Assembly: GCA_002269645.1 (NCBI GenBank)
Contig: NIVC01001491.1
Span: 1 to 64,000, forward strand
DNA: 64,000 nt
Direction: 5' to 3'
Origin: Macrostomum lignano
Lineage: Eukaryota
Part shown: positions 34,501 to 51,498 of the stretch, piece by piece
How the letters are laid out: the number at the start of each line of letters is the position of its first letter
Numbering within the stretch: the stretch's first letter is position 1
Program-made: the position numbers and the translations under genes
Notes under the pieces: generated by a model
Told to the model about the DNA's origin: nothing
Seen by the model: the letters and a program-made list of their open reading frames with translations, nothing else
Databases searched by the model: none

Positions 34501-35107
34501 CTGCTGCATTCGACTCCGAACAAATTCCGAATAAATTCCAAACAAATTACACAGCACCAGCGTCAAAGTAGCAATGATGAAATATTTTGGCAAAATTATC
34601 AGGCATAGAGCGGTATTGCTTACATTTGCTGGTTAGCAAACTCCAGAATACATATTCTAGTCAAGCCATCAAGCTATTTGGATTTTTGGGCTTAATAACA
34701 AAAAATAGCAGGAAGGGGCTGCGGGCATCCTGAAGCAACGCCTTTGGCGACATCGTCCAACACAGCAGCGCTCACAGCAGTTCTACCCAAATTGAATGGG
34801 CACTCTAGATAGTTAGATAGAACTCAGTAGAGAGACAACTCATTTTTAATATAGTGGATGGATCTGCCCACGGTTGCAGGGGGGGGGGTTGAAAAAGACA
34901 GCTGTATCTGCTGCGTCAGACTGCTTGTCTACTAGCTTGTTTGCTAAAAAGAGCCATGGCAGATGCAATGCAACATGAATTATTAATCAGAGAGGCTGCA
35001 TGCGAGTATATCGACATATTGAATTGCCCACACACTCGTAGGATGCAGAAAGATAGTATTTTATGCATCTGCGTAAAATGCTAGTTAGAGAAGCAGAAAG
35101 ACTGGCG

Positions 35108-37908
<2,801 letters not shown>

Positions 37909-38598
37909 TAGATAGCGAGAAAGAGCGAGCGAAGCTTGCTTGCTTGCCGCAGCCAATCACGCTGAAAGCACGCACACAAGATCACCGGAAACGATTAAGG
38001 CAACTGGAAAGCCAAGGGAGATGGTAGTCAATGCAAACCATTAATATCAATATAAAGCACATGTGGGGACAAAAAGTCCTTTAGACAGTAAAATGAAACT
38101 TCAACTCTCCAAGATAAATGAAGGCTGAAAAGTCATTTTTCACTTGACACTTGTTTTTTGTTAAATATCAGTTGATAATATTAACACATTTATTATCACG
38201 CGACTGTGTTTTTAATACTAAAAATAATTTGCGACAAAAAAGCAATCATATTATCAACGATATAGGAATTGTTGAACATTAAAAAGTTTCCAATTCGAAT
38301 TTACTATATTCGACAGTCAGATTTGATCACGAGCTTGTAACGGCAAGTCTAACATATATCTACAAAGTTAAAAAAATAACTGATAAATAAAGCCTTAGTG
38401 CCTCTGAAAAGTGTTTTTTGTGTCACAGCATCACCTGGCCTTTCTAGTTTAGGGTCTCGATCGTGAATATATTGTTAGATTATTTACTCTTTCGTCAGAA
38501 TTCTACATTTCCGCGGTGAATGGGACATTAGAATTGTTCAAACAGCATATGTTTCGGTCAAATGGGAACTCGATAGTACAATTACATATCTGTAGATG

Positions 38599-39354
38599 TC
38601 AGGCGAACGGATTGATGCACTCGCACATCGCCATGGTGACTCCAGCGTAGACATCAGTCAAATCTTCCACTCCGGCCGAGTGAGTCGACCAGATGTCCAA
38701 TCGGTTGGCAGAGACGCCTTCGTTCGGCTGTCCGGGTCCCCAGAGTTCGGGCAGGAGGCCCAGGTTGCAGTCCAGCCAGAACCACGGATCGCCGACCGCG
38801 CTTCCTGGCCGGTATCCGCCGATGAAGAAGCTTTTGCCAGAGTTCACGTTGGTCTTGATCCAGTGGAAATGGGCCGTCTCGTTTCTCTCCAGGGCGTCGG
38901 CATATTTGGTGAGTCCGGGCATCGCCTCGCAGGCTGTGCGACCGGCAGTCCAGCTAGCGGCGCTCACCACCTTGTAGGTGGAGCCGAAGTAGCCACTGCC
39001 GAAGCCGTCGGGGCACAGCTGGCCGTCCGGCAGGCCCGGCTGGTTGCGAACGAAGGTCCAGGCGAAGTCGCTGCAGTCGGTGCGGACCAGCTGGCTCGGA
39101 CTGCACTTGTCGAACACGAGAGCCCGGCACTTGGCGCCCCCTGCAGGCAGCTGGAATCCCTGGCAGCTCGGACCCAGCCTAGCGCAGGCTGAGGCGCACA
39201 CGAACTCAGCGGTTCCATTGTCCGCGGCCAGCTCGCGAGTGAACTCCGGCTTCAGGCACATGCGGACGTACTTCAGAGAGAAGCCGAAGCCAAGGTCCTG
39301 GGAATTGACGCTCCCGACAGCTGCTAGCAGCATGAGAACAAGCAGTCCAAGCAC
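38599..39354 (-). CDS. Secreted PAN/apple + C-type lectin protein, copy A (start probably in an upstream exon)
   Basis: Hydrophobic leader; PAN-like CASACARLGPSCQGFQ..C; CTLD CPDGF..Y...SW..GRTAC..FFIGG..WFW..W..GQPN..C; tttcag acceptor overlaps the ORF start. Confidence 0.85.
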   Translation of the reverse strand: MLGLLVLMLLAAVGSVNSQDLGFGFSLKYVRMCLKPEFTRELAADNGTAEFVCASACARLGPSCQGFQLPAGGAKCRALVFDKCSPSQLVRTDCSDFAWTFVRNQPGLPDGQLCPDGFGSGYFGSTYKVVSAASWTAGRTACEAMPGLTKYADALERNETAHFHWIKTNVNSGKSFFIGGYRPGSAVGDPWFWLDCNLGLLPELWGPGQPNEGVSANRLDIWSTHSAGVEDLTDVYAGVTMAMCECINPFA

Positions 39355-39888
39355 TGAAAGGGAGTTGCAGTATTAGGTAGTATTGATTTCCGTTCTTTAT
39401 TTGTAAAAAAATCATGGTTAGATACAGCGTTGCCAGCCAGCTTACTAGTAATTTCCTGCGCGTTGTTTTGATGAACTTCTGTTGCTTTCTTGCTTTTTGC
39501 CTAGAGGGTTGCGGTAGTGTTGAATAATAAATTGACTTGGGGTTTAGTCTGTAGCAATATTGAGAGCAATTTATATTATGGGAATGACTGCAATCCTAAA
39601 CTTTAAATATTTTTAACTACAGCCTTTCTGAGCATGCAATTTTGTAGGGATACCGATAGGGAGGGTTTTATGGCGGCTCTGTTAGAAATTCAGTAATCCA
39701 TACTGTGAGTGAGGCACTGCAGAAGCAGCTCTCTCTCCCATTCGCATTAGCTAATTGGATAAATTTACCTGCTATGGTCATACCAGCATACGAAAGTCTC
39801 TCTTGCAGGCGATTCTGTCTACCCTCTAATATTTCATTTGCTCATGCGTCCATGGTATAATGAGCTGTAAAATATATAAATATACATA

Positions 39889-40222
39889 CTCAGACTCAGA
39901 CTCAGCTACAAGGGGCTCTGGGCATCCGGATACAGCGGGGATAGGCTCGTTCCCATAGCCACTGGCAGCTATTGTGCTCCGGTGGAGCCGGTGGTACCTG
40001 CGTCCGCAGCGCAGTCCCCATCCAGTGAGTCCAGAAGGTACGCTCGCCCAGTTGCCCTTAGGTAGCTCGTACATGTAGAGGAAGAACTGGCAGAGATTCT
40101 CGGGTTCGAAGATTTTTGAAAGTCCGAGTTTGGGCCGAGGTTGTCGAACCTGTCCTGAGTCAAGGCAGGGCATTCACAGATGAAGTGCTCCGCATTCTCA
40201 CCGCCGGAGAGGCAGATACAAC
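39889..40222 (-). mobile_element. 3' fragment of an I/R1-type LINE (zinc knuckle + (GAGTCT)n tail)
   Basis: [24 protein letters not shown] resembles the C-terminus of the 4-7 kb LINE. Confidence 0.7.
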
Positions 40223-40919
40223 ACATGTACCATCGATTATAAGTGTTTTAGCGATATTTTTGAAACATATTTTCGAAAATTTGTCTCTGATCGCAATGGG
40301 TTTTATTTCCAAAATTGCATTTGCTCATCAAAGCTTGAACCATGCTGTTGATCACTGTACTCAGCTCGGATCGTAGATGATATTTTGCTTGACTTGTAAT
40401 AAATTTCAGATGGTCACCTGCTGATTATACGTTGGTGTGTGGTGTGTAGCAGGCAGGCATATTTTACGGGGTTCACAGTCTGTGAAGGTTAATAATGGTT
40501 GGCATGATCCAACGTCAAAAATTAGCCGCGTGTAGTTCAAGGAGTTCAGCGGACACTGTGTGTCTATCGAACTATGGCACGTGTCTCTTTAAGCAGTAGT
40601 TATTCTGATACTCGCCTGTCTGACATGACAAAGTTGAGATGTACGTGACATACATGTGGTGTAGTGGAGCCTAGAGTGCAGAGCAAATTTGTAACCTGCG
40701 ATCGAGAGTCTTTATAATGTTGCGATAACATGTAGCAAATGGAACTATAGCCTGTACCTCGGCCACTCTACCATTCTCTTCAATGTGCATCATTTCCTGT
40801 ATCTGATTGAAACCAGTGTGCAAATGGTTTCTATCACGGCCAAAAATGACTGAAACGCATACGGAATCAACTGTACAACCATCCATTGTGAAGAGTGAAA
40901 CTAGACCGGCTTTAACTTA

Positions 40920-41800
40920 CGAGGGGCGTGCTGAAAGTGTTGAGCACGTGTAGCCCATGAGTCACAGCTGCAGGCGCTTGTATTTACATATATCTATCAC
41001 CCTTCTAATGAAAGTATAGATCTTCAGCATCTTTTAAATGTTAATTATTCACAATTGCTTTTGAAAGTCGATTAGCACCCCTTATCAAAGGTACTCCATC
41101 CGATGAAACTCATAAATCGAAACTATAAATCGTATCATAATAGCTTACCACCAGCGAAAATGCAATGTCTCGAAAGTTTCACTCAGCCTTTGGAGACCAA
41201 GCCGGCCTTCCCCTGCCACGGTTTTTCGGTGGTACAATTATGAGGGCAAAGTGGGGCCAAAGAAGCCTTTTGATGACGAGCCTCTGAATATACGTCCAGC
41301 TTCTGCCGTCATGGATGAGAACATCGCTGCTGTTCGCAGAATGATTGATGAAGACCAACGTGTCGAGATCAAAGGATTGGTTCTGGGCATTGGATCGGCA
41401 GCGCTAACATATCCTTTCTGCATGAGAAGCTGGATCCTCCAAGCAATGCACCTGATTGAAACCTCACCACAACCTCCTGGAGGACCAAAAAGCGAACAAG
41501 GTTGCGTTCGTTAGTGCGAATTTGGGCAAGAATTATTTGATTTTGGCAGATCAAAGTGGTGCTGGGTGATCATCACAGCCGTGACGAAGAGACCTGAATC
41601 TGCATGTACCAGTATAGTACCCAGAAACCAAGCAGCAGTTTTCAGTTTGGCTCTTTTTGGATATACATGTATACACGACGACTACATTGCTCCAGGACAA
41701 TATTGCTCCAGGACTTACTGTTGTGGGTGCGCGAGCATACGTACTTAACTCTATATGTTCAGTGTGCGGCCCGTCGGGCACGTTAATTTGCGAAAACGCG
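40920..41800 (+). mobile_element. Highly decayed second-family mariner
   Basis: TA + CGAGGGGCGTGCTGAAAG left TIR; DENIAAVRRMIDEDQR-like HTH remnant and ITGDETW-like remnant. Confidence 0.7.
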
Positions 41801-41859
41801 TTACGCAATAATCTAACATCCAATTTTTCTCACAGCGTTAGAAAAAGTTAATATATTAA

Positions 41860-42646
41860 GTTAATATATAAATACAGGCCGTGGTCCGGCGAGACTCACT
41901 AAGTTTCTTTTCTGGCAACCAAACCTACGCGTTCAATACACAACAATGGCGACGAAGATGGCAGACTTCAGTTTCAACCCACCAACGCCGTACCTGGCTA
42001 GCCCGGGCGAGCCAAGCTGCCCGTGGCCAAGGTGGAAAAGTCAGTTCGCGATCTATTCAACGGCAACGGAACTGGACAAAACGTCGGAGGCGAAACAAAT
42101 TGCCGTCCTTCGACACTGCCTCGCGCCGGAGGGCCAACGGCAGGCGGAAAGCGTGGAGGCGAACGACATAAAGAAACTGCTCGAAGAAATGGACAAAATC
42201 TTCGTGCCGAACAAGAGCGTCATCGGAGCTCGCTACAGGTTTCGGTGCAGGGAGCAGCGACCAGGGGAGCCGGTGCAGCAGTTCGTCAGAGATCTGCAGC
42301 AGCTCGCGGCCGATTGCGCGTTCAAGGACCTGACGAAGGAGATGGTCCGCGATCAGCTTATCGAGAAAACGTGCATGCCACGTATCCGTGAGAGGCTGCT
42401 GATGGAACCAGACGACCTGACATTGGAGAAGTCCCTGCAGCTCACCAACCAAATCGAGACGGCCATCAACGAAGCCAAGGTCCTCAACGGCATATCAGGG
42501 GCGTCTCAAAAGACAGTGCACGCCGTCTCAAAGCAGAAAGTCAGAGCCAAGCCCAAAACGCGCAAGGACAGCGAGAAGTGCAGGCGATGCGGCGGCGACT
42601 ACAGCAAGGAGCACAAGTGCCCGGCAATGGGAAAAACGTGCAAAAA
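41860..42646 (+). mobile_element. gag: Gypsy fragment: LTR 3' end, PBS and gag, truncated by a junction with mariner
   Basis: ...ACAACA followed by TGGCGACGAAGATGG at 41947 (tRNA-Ser(GCU)-type PBS, one mismatch); Gag motifs WPRWKSQF, RYRFRCREQRPGEPV, MVRDQL, LTLEK; CxxC..H..C knuckle. Confidence 0.85.
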
Positions 42647-43400
42647 CCCCATCTTCTCACTCTGGAGCAGCAAGCAGAGAGGGTGCGCATCTGTCGCTTG
42701 TGGGTGCAAATGTTTGAGCCCCACGGCCCACGACGACTGTCGGATGTCATCACAGGAGACGAATGCTGGATCTCCTTCTTTTACCATGAAGGATAAGCAG
42801 TCCAACATCGTCTGGCTGGCAGAAGATGAGCCAAGGCCTGAGGTGCTGAAGACCGGATTCCGCAGTCGGAAGCGGATGTTCACCATTTTTCAACTCTCAG
42901 GGTGTTGTATCGGTGAACATCCTTCCAGCGGGTGCCGCAGTGACTGTCAGGTACTACACAGACACTTTTCTGCCAGGCGTGCTGCAGGAGCGGCAGGAAC
43001 GTGCGCGAACCAGGCATGGACCCCGACTCCTGCTGTACCATGACTGCGGCACCGCACAGAGCGGCCTCAAACATGACGTACCTGGAGCAGCAGGGGTCCG
43101 ACTGCTGCCCCATCCACCCTACTCTCCAGACCTAGCACCAGGCTGTTCCGAGGATCAAATCCGTCATTTGTGGGAGGCCATTTTCACGCATTCAAAACCT
43201 TGCCCAAGTGGTACATTCAGCTCTACAGGGTGTACCAACTTCGGAGTACCATGACTGCTTTCAGACGTGGTCCACACGCATGCGGAGGTGCATAGATGGT
43301 GATGGAAAGTACTTTGTGGGAATGGGACATTGGTTAGACGCCATGGCTGCTGTAACACTGAGTTGTGAGGTCACTTGCAGAACTTTTTGATCACCCCTCG
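42647..43400 (+). mobile_element. Defective mariner copy 2 (3' half)
   Basis: Same lesions as copy 1; right TIR followed by TA. Confidence 0.9.
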
Positions 43401-43595
43401 TATTAGCATAAGTGTGTGCCTGCGTACAGTATTTGCGCGCTTGCATGTGCTCAGGTTATGGGACACGATGTCACCGAAGAGTGCTCAGCAACCTTTACAA
43501 AATTATTAATTCTGTTAAACTTTGGTCTCGTAAAAGTCAAAACAACAATCAGATCTCGATCTACCTGCTAGTGACATTAGAATGTTGATGTTTAC

Positions 43596-44150
<555 letters not shown>

Positions 44151-44765
44151 TTGTTGCCGCATTCGACTCCGAACAAATTCCGAATAAATTCCAAACAAAT
44201 TACACAGCACCAGCGTCAAAGTAGCAATGATGAAATATTTTGGCAAAATTATCAGGCATAGAGCGGTATTGCTTACATTTGCTGGTTAGCAAACTCCAGA
44301 ATACATATTCTAGTCAAGCCATCAAGCTATTTGGATTTTTGGGCTTAATAACAAAAAATAGCAGGAAGGGGCTGCGGGCATCCTGAAGCAACGCCTTTGG
44401 CGACATCGTCCAACACAGCAGCGCTCACAGCAGTTCTACCCATTCAAAAAAAAATTGAATGGGCACTCTAGATAGTTAGATAGAACTCAGTAGAGAGACA
44501 ACTCATTTTTAATATAGTGGATGGATCTGCCCACGGTTGCAGGGGGGGGGTTGAAAAAGACAGCTGTATCTGCTGCGTCAGACTGCTTGTCTACTAGCTT
44601 GTCTGCTAAAAAGAGCCATGGCAGATGCACTGCAACATGAATTATTGATCAGAGAGGCTGCATGCGAGTATATCGACATATTGAATTGCCCACACACTCG
44701 TAGGATGCAGAAAGATAGTATTGCATCTGCGTAAAATGCTAGTTAGAGAAGCAGAAAGACTGGCG

Positions 44766-45153
<388 letters not shown>

Positions 45154-45417
45154 GGTAGTCAATGCAAACCAGTAAAATCAATATAAAGCACATGTGGGGA
45201 CAAAAAGTCCTTTAGACAGTAAAAAAACTCTCCAAGAGAAATGAAGGCTGAAAAGTCATTTTTCACTTGACACTTGTTTTTTGTTAAATATCAGTTGATA
45301 ATATTAACACATTTATTATCACGCGACTGTGTTTTTAATACTAAAAATAATTTGCGACAAAAAAGCAATCATACGCTCGTATTATCAACGATATAGGAAT
45401 TGTTGAACATTAAAAAG

Positions 45418-45690
45418 TTGTCCAAGAATCGTTGTTTTTGTCCTTAACTTTCTACTAACTCAGTAGGCTTGTTAGAGTGCAATTAGAGTTCAATGGGCTA
45501 CATTCGGTGTTTATGGCGTAACTGTAACTCTGACTCTTCTAATGCGGTTAGTGCGTCTCAGAAGTGGCGCACTAAAGACTCTACAGCGACTCTAGCACGC
45601 CTCAAGTACGACTCTACCGCTCCAAAGTCGTTTCACAGTCGCAGACAATAAAACGCTTCAAAGTGACTTTTAGGCGACTCTTTGGTGACT
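45418..45690. repeat. Dispersed GACTC-rich repeat, near-identical to 58198-58470
   Basis: One substitution noticed over ~270 bp (gactctagc vs gactccagc). Confidence 0.9.
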
Positions 45691-45784
45691 TGTACCGTGC
45701 CATCTCGTCATTTAGAGTCGTTAAGAGTCACTTCTTTCCTATTTTATTTGTCATATGAAACGACTCGGGGATTCAGAGCAGAGC

Positions 45785-46823
45785 GACTGAGATTCATACC
45801 GATCTGGTGAATGTTTTAGCTGACTCTGCTCCATCATTTGACATGGTTGCCCGCTGGCTGCGCCATTTCTCGGGAGGCCGGGACAGTTTTAACGATAAAC
45901 CGAGGTCTGGCCGACCCCGGACATCCGTGACCGAAGATGTTGTGGCCCGTGTCGATGCAATAATTCGTGAGGATTGGAGCATTACGCTGAGATTCCTTGC
46001 CTATGAGCTTGGTGTCAGCTATGGAAGTGCTCATAACATCATGCATGAGCAACTGGGCCGCACAAAGACCTGCGCTCGGTGGGTACCCCATTTTCTCACC
46101 CCGGAGCAGCAAGCAGAGAGGGTGCGCATCTGTCGCTTGTGGCTGCAAATGTTTGAGCCCCACGGCCCACGACGACTGTCGGATGTCATCACAGGAGACG
46201 AATGTTGGATCCCCTTCTTTACCATGAAAGATAAGCAGTCTAGCATGGTCTGGCTGGCAGAAAATGAGCCTAGGCCCGAGATGCTGAAGACCGGATTCCG
46301 CAGACAGAAGCGGATGTTCACCATTTTTCAACTCTCAGGGTGTTGTATCGGTGAACATCCTTCCAGCGGGTGCCGCAGTGACTGTCAGGTTCTACACAGA
46401 CACTGTTCTGCCAGGCGTGCTGCAGGAGCGGCAGGAACGTGCGCGAACCAGGCATGGACCTTGACTCCTGCTGCACCATGACTGCGGCACCGCACAGAGC
46501 GGCCTCAACCATGGCGTGCCTGGAGCAGCAGGGGGTCCGGCTGCTGCCCCATCCACCCTACTCTCCAGACCTAGCACCAGGCTGTTCCCGAGGATCAAAT
46601 CCATTTTCACGCATACAAAACCTTGCCCAAGTGGTACATTCAGCTCTACAGGGTATTCCAATTTCGGAGTACCATGACTGCTTTTAGACGTGGTCCAGAC
46701 GCATGCGAAGGTGCATAGATGGTGATGGAAAGTACTTTGTGGGAATGGGACATTGGTTAGACGCCATGGCTGCTGTAACACTGAGTTGTGAGGTCACTTG
46801 CAGAACTTTTTGATCACCCCTCG
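45785..46823 (+). mobile_element. Defective mariner copy 3
   Basis: Same motifs and the same post-YSPDLAP deletion; 5'-truncated; right TIR. Confidence 0.9.
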
Positions 46824-47034
46824 AGGATCCTGTGTGAGCGTGTGCATGAGTGCGTACCTGCGTACAGTATTTGCGCGCTTGCATGTGCTCAGGTTATGGG
46901 ACGCGATGTCACCGAAGGGTGCTCAGCAACCTTTACAAAAATATTAATTCTGTTAAACTTTGGTCTCGTAAAACTCAAAACAACAATCAGACCTCGATCT
47001 ACCTGCTAGTGACATTAGAATGTTGATGTTTACA

Positions 47035-47056
47035 AGTAGTAGTAGTAGTAGTAGTA

Positions 47057-47109
<53 letters not shown>

Positions 47110-47759
47110 TGATGTTGTTATTGTTGTTTTTGTTGTTGTTGTTGCTGTTGTTGCTGCATTCGGCTCCAAACAAATCCCGAATAAATTCCAAACAAATTAC
47201 ACAGCACCAGCGTCAAAGTAGCAATGATGAAATATTTTGGCAAAATTATCAGGCAGAGCGGTATTGCTTGCATTTGCTGGTTAGCAAACTCCAGAATACA
47301 TATTCTAGTCGAGCCATCAAGCTATTTGCATTTTTGGGCTTCATAAAAATAAATAGCAGGAAGGGGCTGCGGGGCATCCTGAAGCAACGCCTTTGGCGAC
47401 ATCGTCCAACACAGCAGCGCTCACGGCAATTCTACCCATTCTAAAAAAATAGAATGGAAACTCTCGATAGTTAGATAAACTCATTAGAGAGACAACTCAT
47501 TTTAATATAGTGGATGGATTTGCCCACGGTTGCAGGGGGGGTTGAAAAAGACAGCTGTATCTGCTGCGTCAGCCTGCTTGTCTACTAGCTTGTTTGCTAA
47601 AAAGAGCCATAACAGATGCAATGCAACATGAATTATTAATCACAGAGGCTGCATGCGAGTATATCGACATTTTGAATTGCCCACACACTCGTAGGATGCA
47701 GAAAGATGAGTGATGCATCTGCGTAAAATGCTAGTTAATAGAAAAACAGAAAGACTGGC

Positions 47760-47822
<63 letters not shown>

Positions 47823-47823
47823 G
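47035..47823. repeat. Third copy of the (AGT)n-spacer-(GATA)n module with short arrays (~75 bp and ~60 bp)
   Basis: Spacer homologous to 34500-35105 and 44150-44765. Confidence 0.95.
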
Positions 47824-48175
47824 AAGTTTCCAATTTCCTATATAGTAAAAATGAGATGTCTGAATGTAAATTTGCTAAATTCGACAGTCACATTTGACCA
47901 CGAGCTCGTAACGGAAAGTCTAACATATAGAGAATATCTACAAAGTTAAAAGAATAACGATAGATATACCCTTAGTGCCTCTGAAAAGTGTTTTTTGTGT
48001 CACAGCATCTCCTGGCCTTTCTAGTTTAGGGTCTCGATCGTGAATATTCTTTTAGATTAGTTACTCTTTCATCAGAAGTTTACATTTCCGCGGTGAATGG
48101 GACATTAGAATTGTTCAAACAGCATATGTTTCGGTCAAATGGAAACTCGATAGTAGAATTACATATCGGTAAATG

Positions 48176-48931
48176 TCAGGCGAACGGATCGATGCACTCG
48201 CACATCGCCATGGTGACTCCAGCGTTGACATCAGTCAAATCTTCCACTCCGGCCGAGTGAGTCGACCAGATGTCCAATCGGTTGGCGGAGACGCCTGCGT
48301 TCGGCTGTCCGGGTCCCCAGACTTCGGGCAGGAGGCCCAAGTTGCAGTCCAGCCAGAACCACGGATCGCCGACAGCACTTCCTGGCCGGTATCCGCCGAT
48401 GAAGAAGCTTTTGCCAGAGTTCACGTTGGTCTTGATCCAGTGGAAATGGGCCGTCTCGTTTCTCTCCAAGGCGTCGGCATATTTGGTGAGTCCGGGCATC
48501 GCCTCGCATGCTGTGCGACCGGCAGTCCAGCTAGCGGCGCTCACCACCTTGTAGGTGGAGCCGAAGTAGCCACTGCCGAAGCCGTCGGGGCACAGCTGGC
48601 CGTCCGGCAGACCCGGCTGGTTGCGAACGAAGGTCCAGGCGAAGTCGCTGCAGTCGGTGCGGACCAGCTGGCTCGGACTGCACTTGTCGAACACGAGGGC
48701 CCGGCACTTGGCGCCTCCTGCAGTCAGCTGGAATCCCTGGCAGCTCGGGCCCAGCCTAGCGCACGCTGAGGCGCACACGAACTCAGCGGTTCCATTGTCC
48801 GTGGCCAGCTCGCGAGTGAACTCCGGCTTCAGGCACATGCGGATGTACTTCAGAGCAAAGCCGAAGCCTAGGTCCTGGGAATTGACGCTCCCGACAGCTG
48901 CTAGCAGCATGAGAGCAAGCAGCCCAAGCAC
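48176..48931 (-). CDS. Secreted PAN/apple + C-type lectin protein, copy B
   Basis: 251-aa ORF differing from copy A at 9 residues. Confidence 0.85.
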   Translation of the reverse strand: MLGLLALMLLAAVGSVNSQDLGFGFALKYIRMCLKPEFTRELATDNGTAEFVCASACARLGPSCQGFQLTAGGAKCRALVFDKCSPSQLVRTDCSDFAWTFVRNQPGLPDGQLCPDGFGSGYFGSTYKVVSAASWTAGRTACEAMPGLTKYADALERNETAHFHWIKTNVNSGKSFFIGGYRPGSAVGDPWFWLDCNLGLLPEVWGPGQPNAGVSANRLDIWSTHSAGVEDLTDVNAGVTMAMCECIDPFA

Positions 48932-49504
48932 TGGAAATGAAGTTCAGGATTAGGTAGTGATTTCGGTTTTTTATTTGCAAAAAATCATGGTTAGATACAG
49001 CGTTGCCAGTCAGCTTACTAGTAATTTCCTGCGCGTTGTTTTGATGAACTTCTAGATTAGAACTTCTAGAACTTCTACTTCTAGAACTTCTAGATAGTTC
49101 TTGCTTTTTGCCTAGATGGTCTAGATGGCCTAGTTTAGTCTGTAGCAATATTGAGAGCAATTTATATTATGAGAATGATTGCAATCCTAAACTTTAAATA
49201 TTTTAGCTCGTAACTACAGCCCTTCTGAGCATGCAATTTTGTAGGGATACCGATAGAGAGGGTGTTTATGGCAGCTCTGTTAGAAATTCCTCAGTAATCC
49301 TATATACTAAAAATCCATACTATGAGTGAGGCACTGCAGAAGCAGCTCTCTCTTCCCTTGCCATTAGCTAATTGGATAAATTTACCTGTCATGGTCATAC
49401 CGGCATACGAAAGTCTCTCTTGCGTGCGATTCTGTCTACCCTCTAATATTTCATTTGCTCATGCTTTCATTGTTATAATAAGCTGTAAAATATAAAAATA
49501 TACA

Positions 49505-49852
49505 TACTCAGACTCAGACTCAGCTACAGACTCAGCAACAAGGGGCTCTGGGCATCCGGATACAGCGGGGACAGGCTCGTTCCCATAGCCACTGGCAGCT
49601 ATTGTGCTCCGGTAGAGCCGGTGGTACCTGCGTCCGCAGCGCAGTCCCCATCCAGTGAGTCCAGAAGGTGGATGGTCGCTCGCCCAGTAGCCCTTAGGTA
49701 CATGTAGAGGAAGAACTGGCAGAGATTCTCGGGTTCGAAGATTTCGGAAAGTCCGAGTTTGGGCCGAGGTTGTCGAGCCTGTCCTGAGTGAAGGCGGGCA
49801 TTCACAGATGAAGTGCTCCGCATTCTCACCACCGGAGAGGCAGATGCAACCC
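49505..49852 (-). mobile_element. Duplicate of the LINE 3' fragment
   Basis: Homologous to 39889-40222. Confidence 0.7.
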
Positions 49853-50548
49853 ATGTACCATCGATTATAAGTATTTTAGCGATATTTTTGAAACATATTT
49901 TCGAAAATATGTCTCTGGTCGCAATGGGTTTTATTTCCAAAATTGCATTTGCTCAACAAAGCTTGAACCATGCTGTTGATCACTGTACTCAGCTCGGATC
50001 GTAGATGATATTTTGCTTGACTTGTAATAAATTTCAGATGGTCACCAGCTGATTATACGTTGGTGTGTGATGTGTAGCAGGCAGGCATATTTTACGGGGT
50101 TCACAGTCTGTGAAGGTTAATAATGGTTGGCATGATCCAACGTCAAAAATTAGCCGCGTGTAGTTCAAGGAGTTCAGCGGACACTGTGTGTCTATCGAAC
50201 TATGGCACGTGTCTCTTTAAGCAGTAGTTATTCTGATACTCGCCTGTCTGACATGACAAAGTTGAGATGTACGTGACATACATGTGGTGTAGTGGAGCCT
50301 AGAGTGCAGAGCATATTTGCAACCTGCGATCGAGAGTCTTTATAATGTTGCGATAACATGTAGCAAATGGAACTATAGCCTGTACCTCGGCCACTCTATT
50401 ATTCTCTTCAATTTGCATCATTTCCTGTATCTGATTGAAACCAGCGTGCAAATGGTTTTTATCACGGCCAAAAATGACTGAAAACGCATACGGAATCAAC
50501 TGTACAACTATCCATTGTGAAGAGTGAAACTAGACCGGCCTTAACTTT

Positions 50549-51400
50549 CGAGGGGCGTGCTGAAAGTGTTGAGCTCGCGTGTAGCCCATGAGTCACAGCT
50601 GCAGGCGCTTGTATTTACATATATCTATCATCCTTCTAATGAAAGTATAGATCTTCAGCATCTTTTTAATGTTAATTATTCGCAATTGCTTTTGAAAGTC
50701 GATTAGCGCCCCTTATCAAAGGTACTCCATCCGATGAAACTCATAAATCGAAACTTAATTGTATCATAATAGCTTACGACCAGCGAAAATGCAATGTCTC
50801 GAAAGTTTCACTCAGCCTTTGGAGACCAAGCCGGCCTTCCCCTGCCACGGTTTTTCGGTGGTACAATTATGAGGGCAAAGTGGGGCCAAAGAAGCCTTTT
50901 GATGACGAGCCTCTGAATATACGTCCAGCTTCTGCCGTCCTGGATGAGAACATCGCTGCTGTTCGCAGAATGATTGATGAAGACCAACGTGTCGAGATCA
51001 AAGGATTGGTTCTGGGGATCTGGGCATTGGATCGGCAGCGCTAACATATCCTTTCTGCATGAGAAGCTGGATCCTCCAAACAATGCACCCGATTGAAACC
51101 TCACCACAACCTCCTGGAGGACCAAAAAGCGAACAAGGTTGCGTTCGTTAGTGGGAATTTGGGCAAGAATTATTTGATTTTGGCAGATCAAAGTGGTGCT
51201 GGGTGATCATCACAGCCGTGACGAAGAGACCTGAATCTGCATGTACCAGTATAGTACCCAGAAACCCAGCAGCAGTTTTCAGTTTGGCTCTTTTCGGATA
51301 TACATGGATACACGACGACTACATTGCTCCAGGACAATATTGCTCCAGGACTTACTGTTGTGAGTGCGCGACCATACGTACTTAACTAATTCTATGTTCA
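50549..51400 (+). mobile_element. Duplicate of the decayed second-family mariner
   Basis: Homologous to 40920-41800. Confidence 0.7.
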
Positions 51401-51498
51401 GTGTGCGGCCCGTCGGGCACGTTAATTTGCGAAACGCGTTACGCAATAATCTAACATCCAATTTTTCTCACAGCGTGCATGTTAATATATATGATGAG

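Noticed and set aside
41946-43043. 365-aa ORF as a novel Gag-transposase fusion gene
   Set aside because: The mariner part is largely out of frame and shares inactivating lesions with the other copies; it is best explained as a rearrangement junction.
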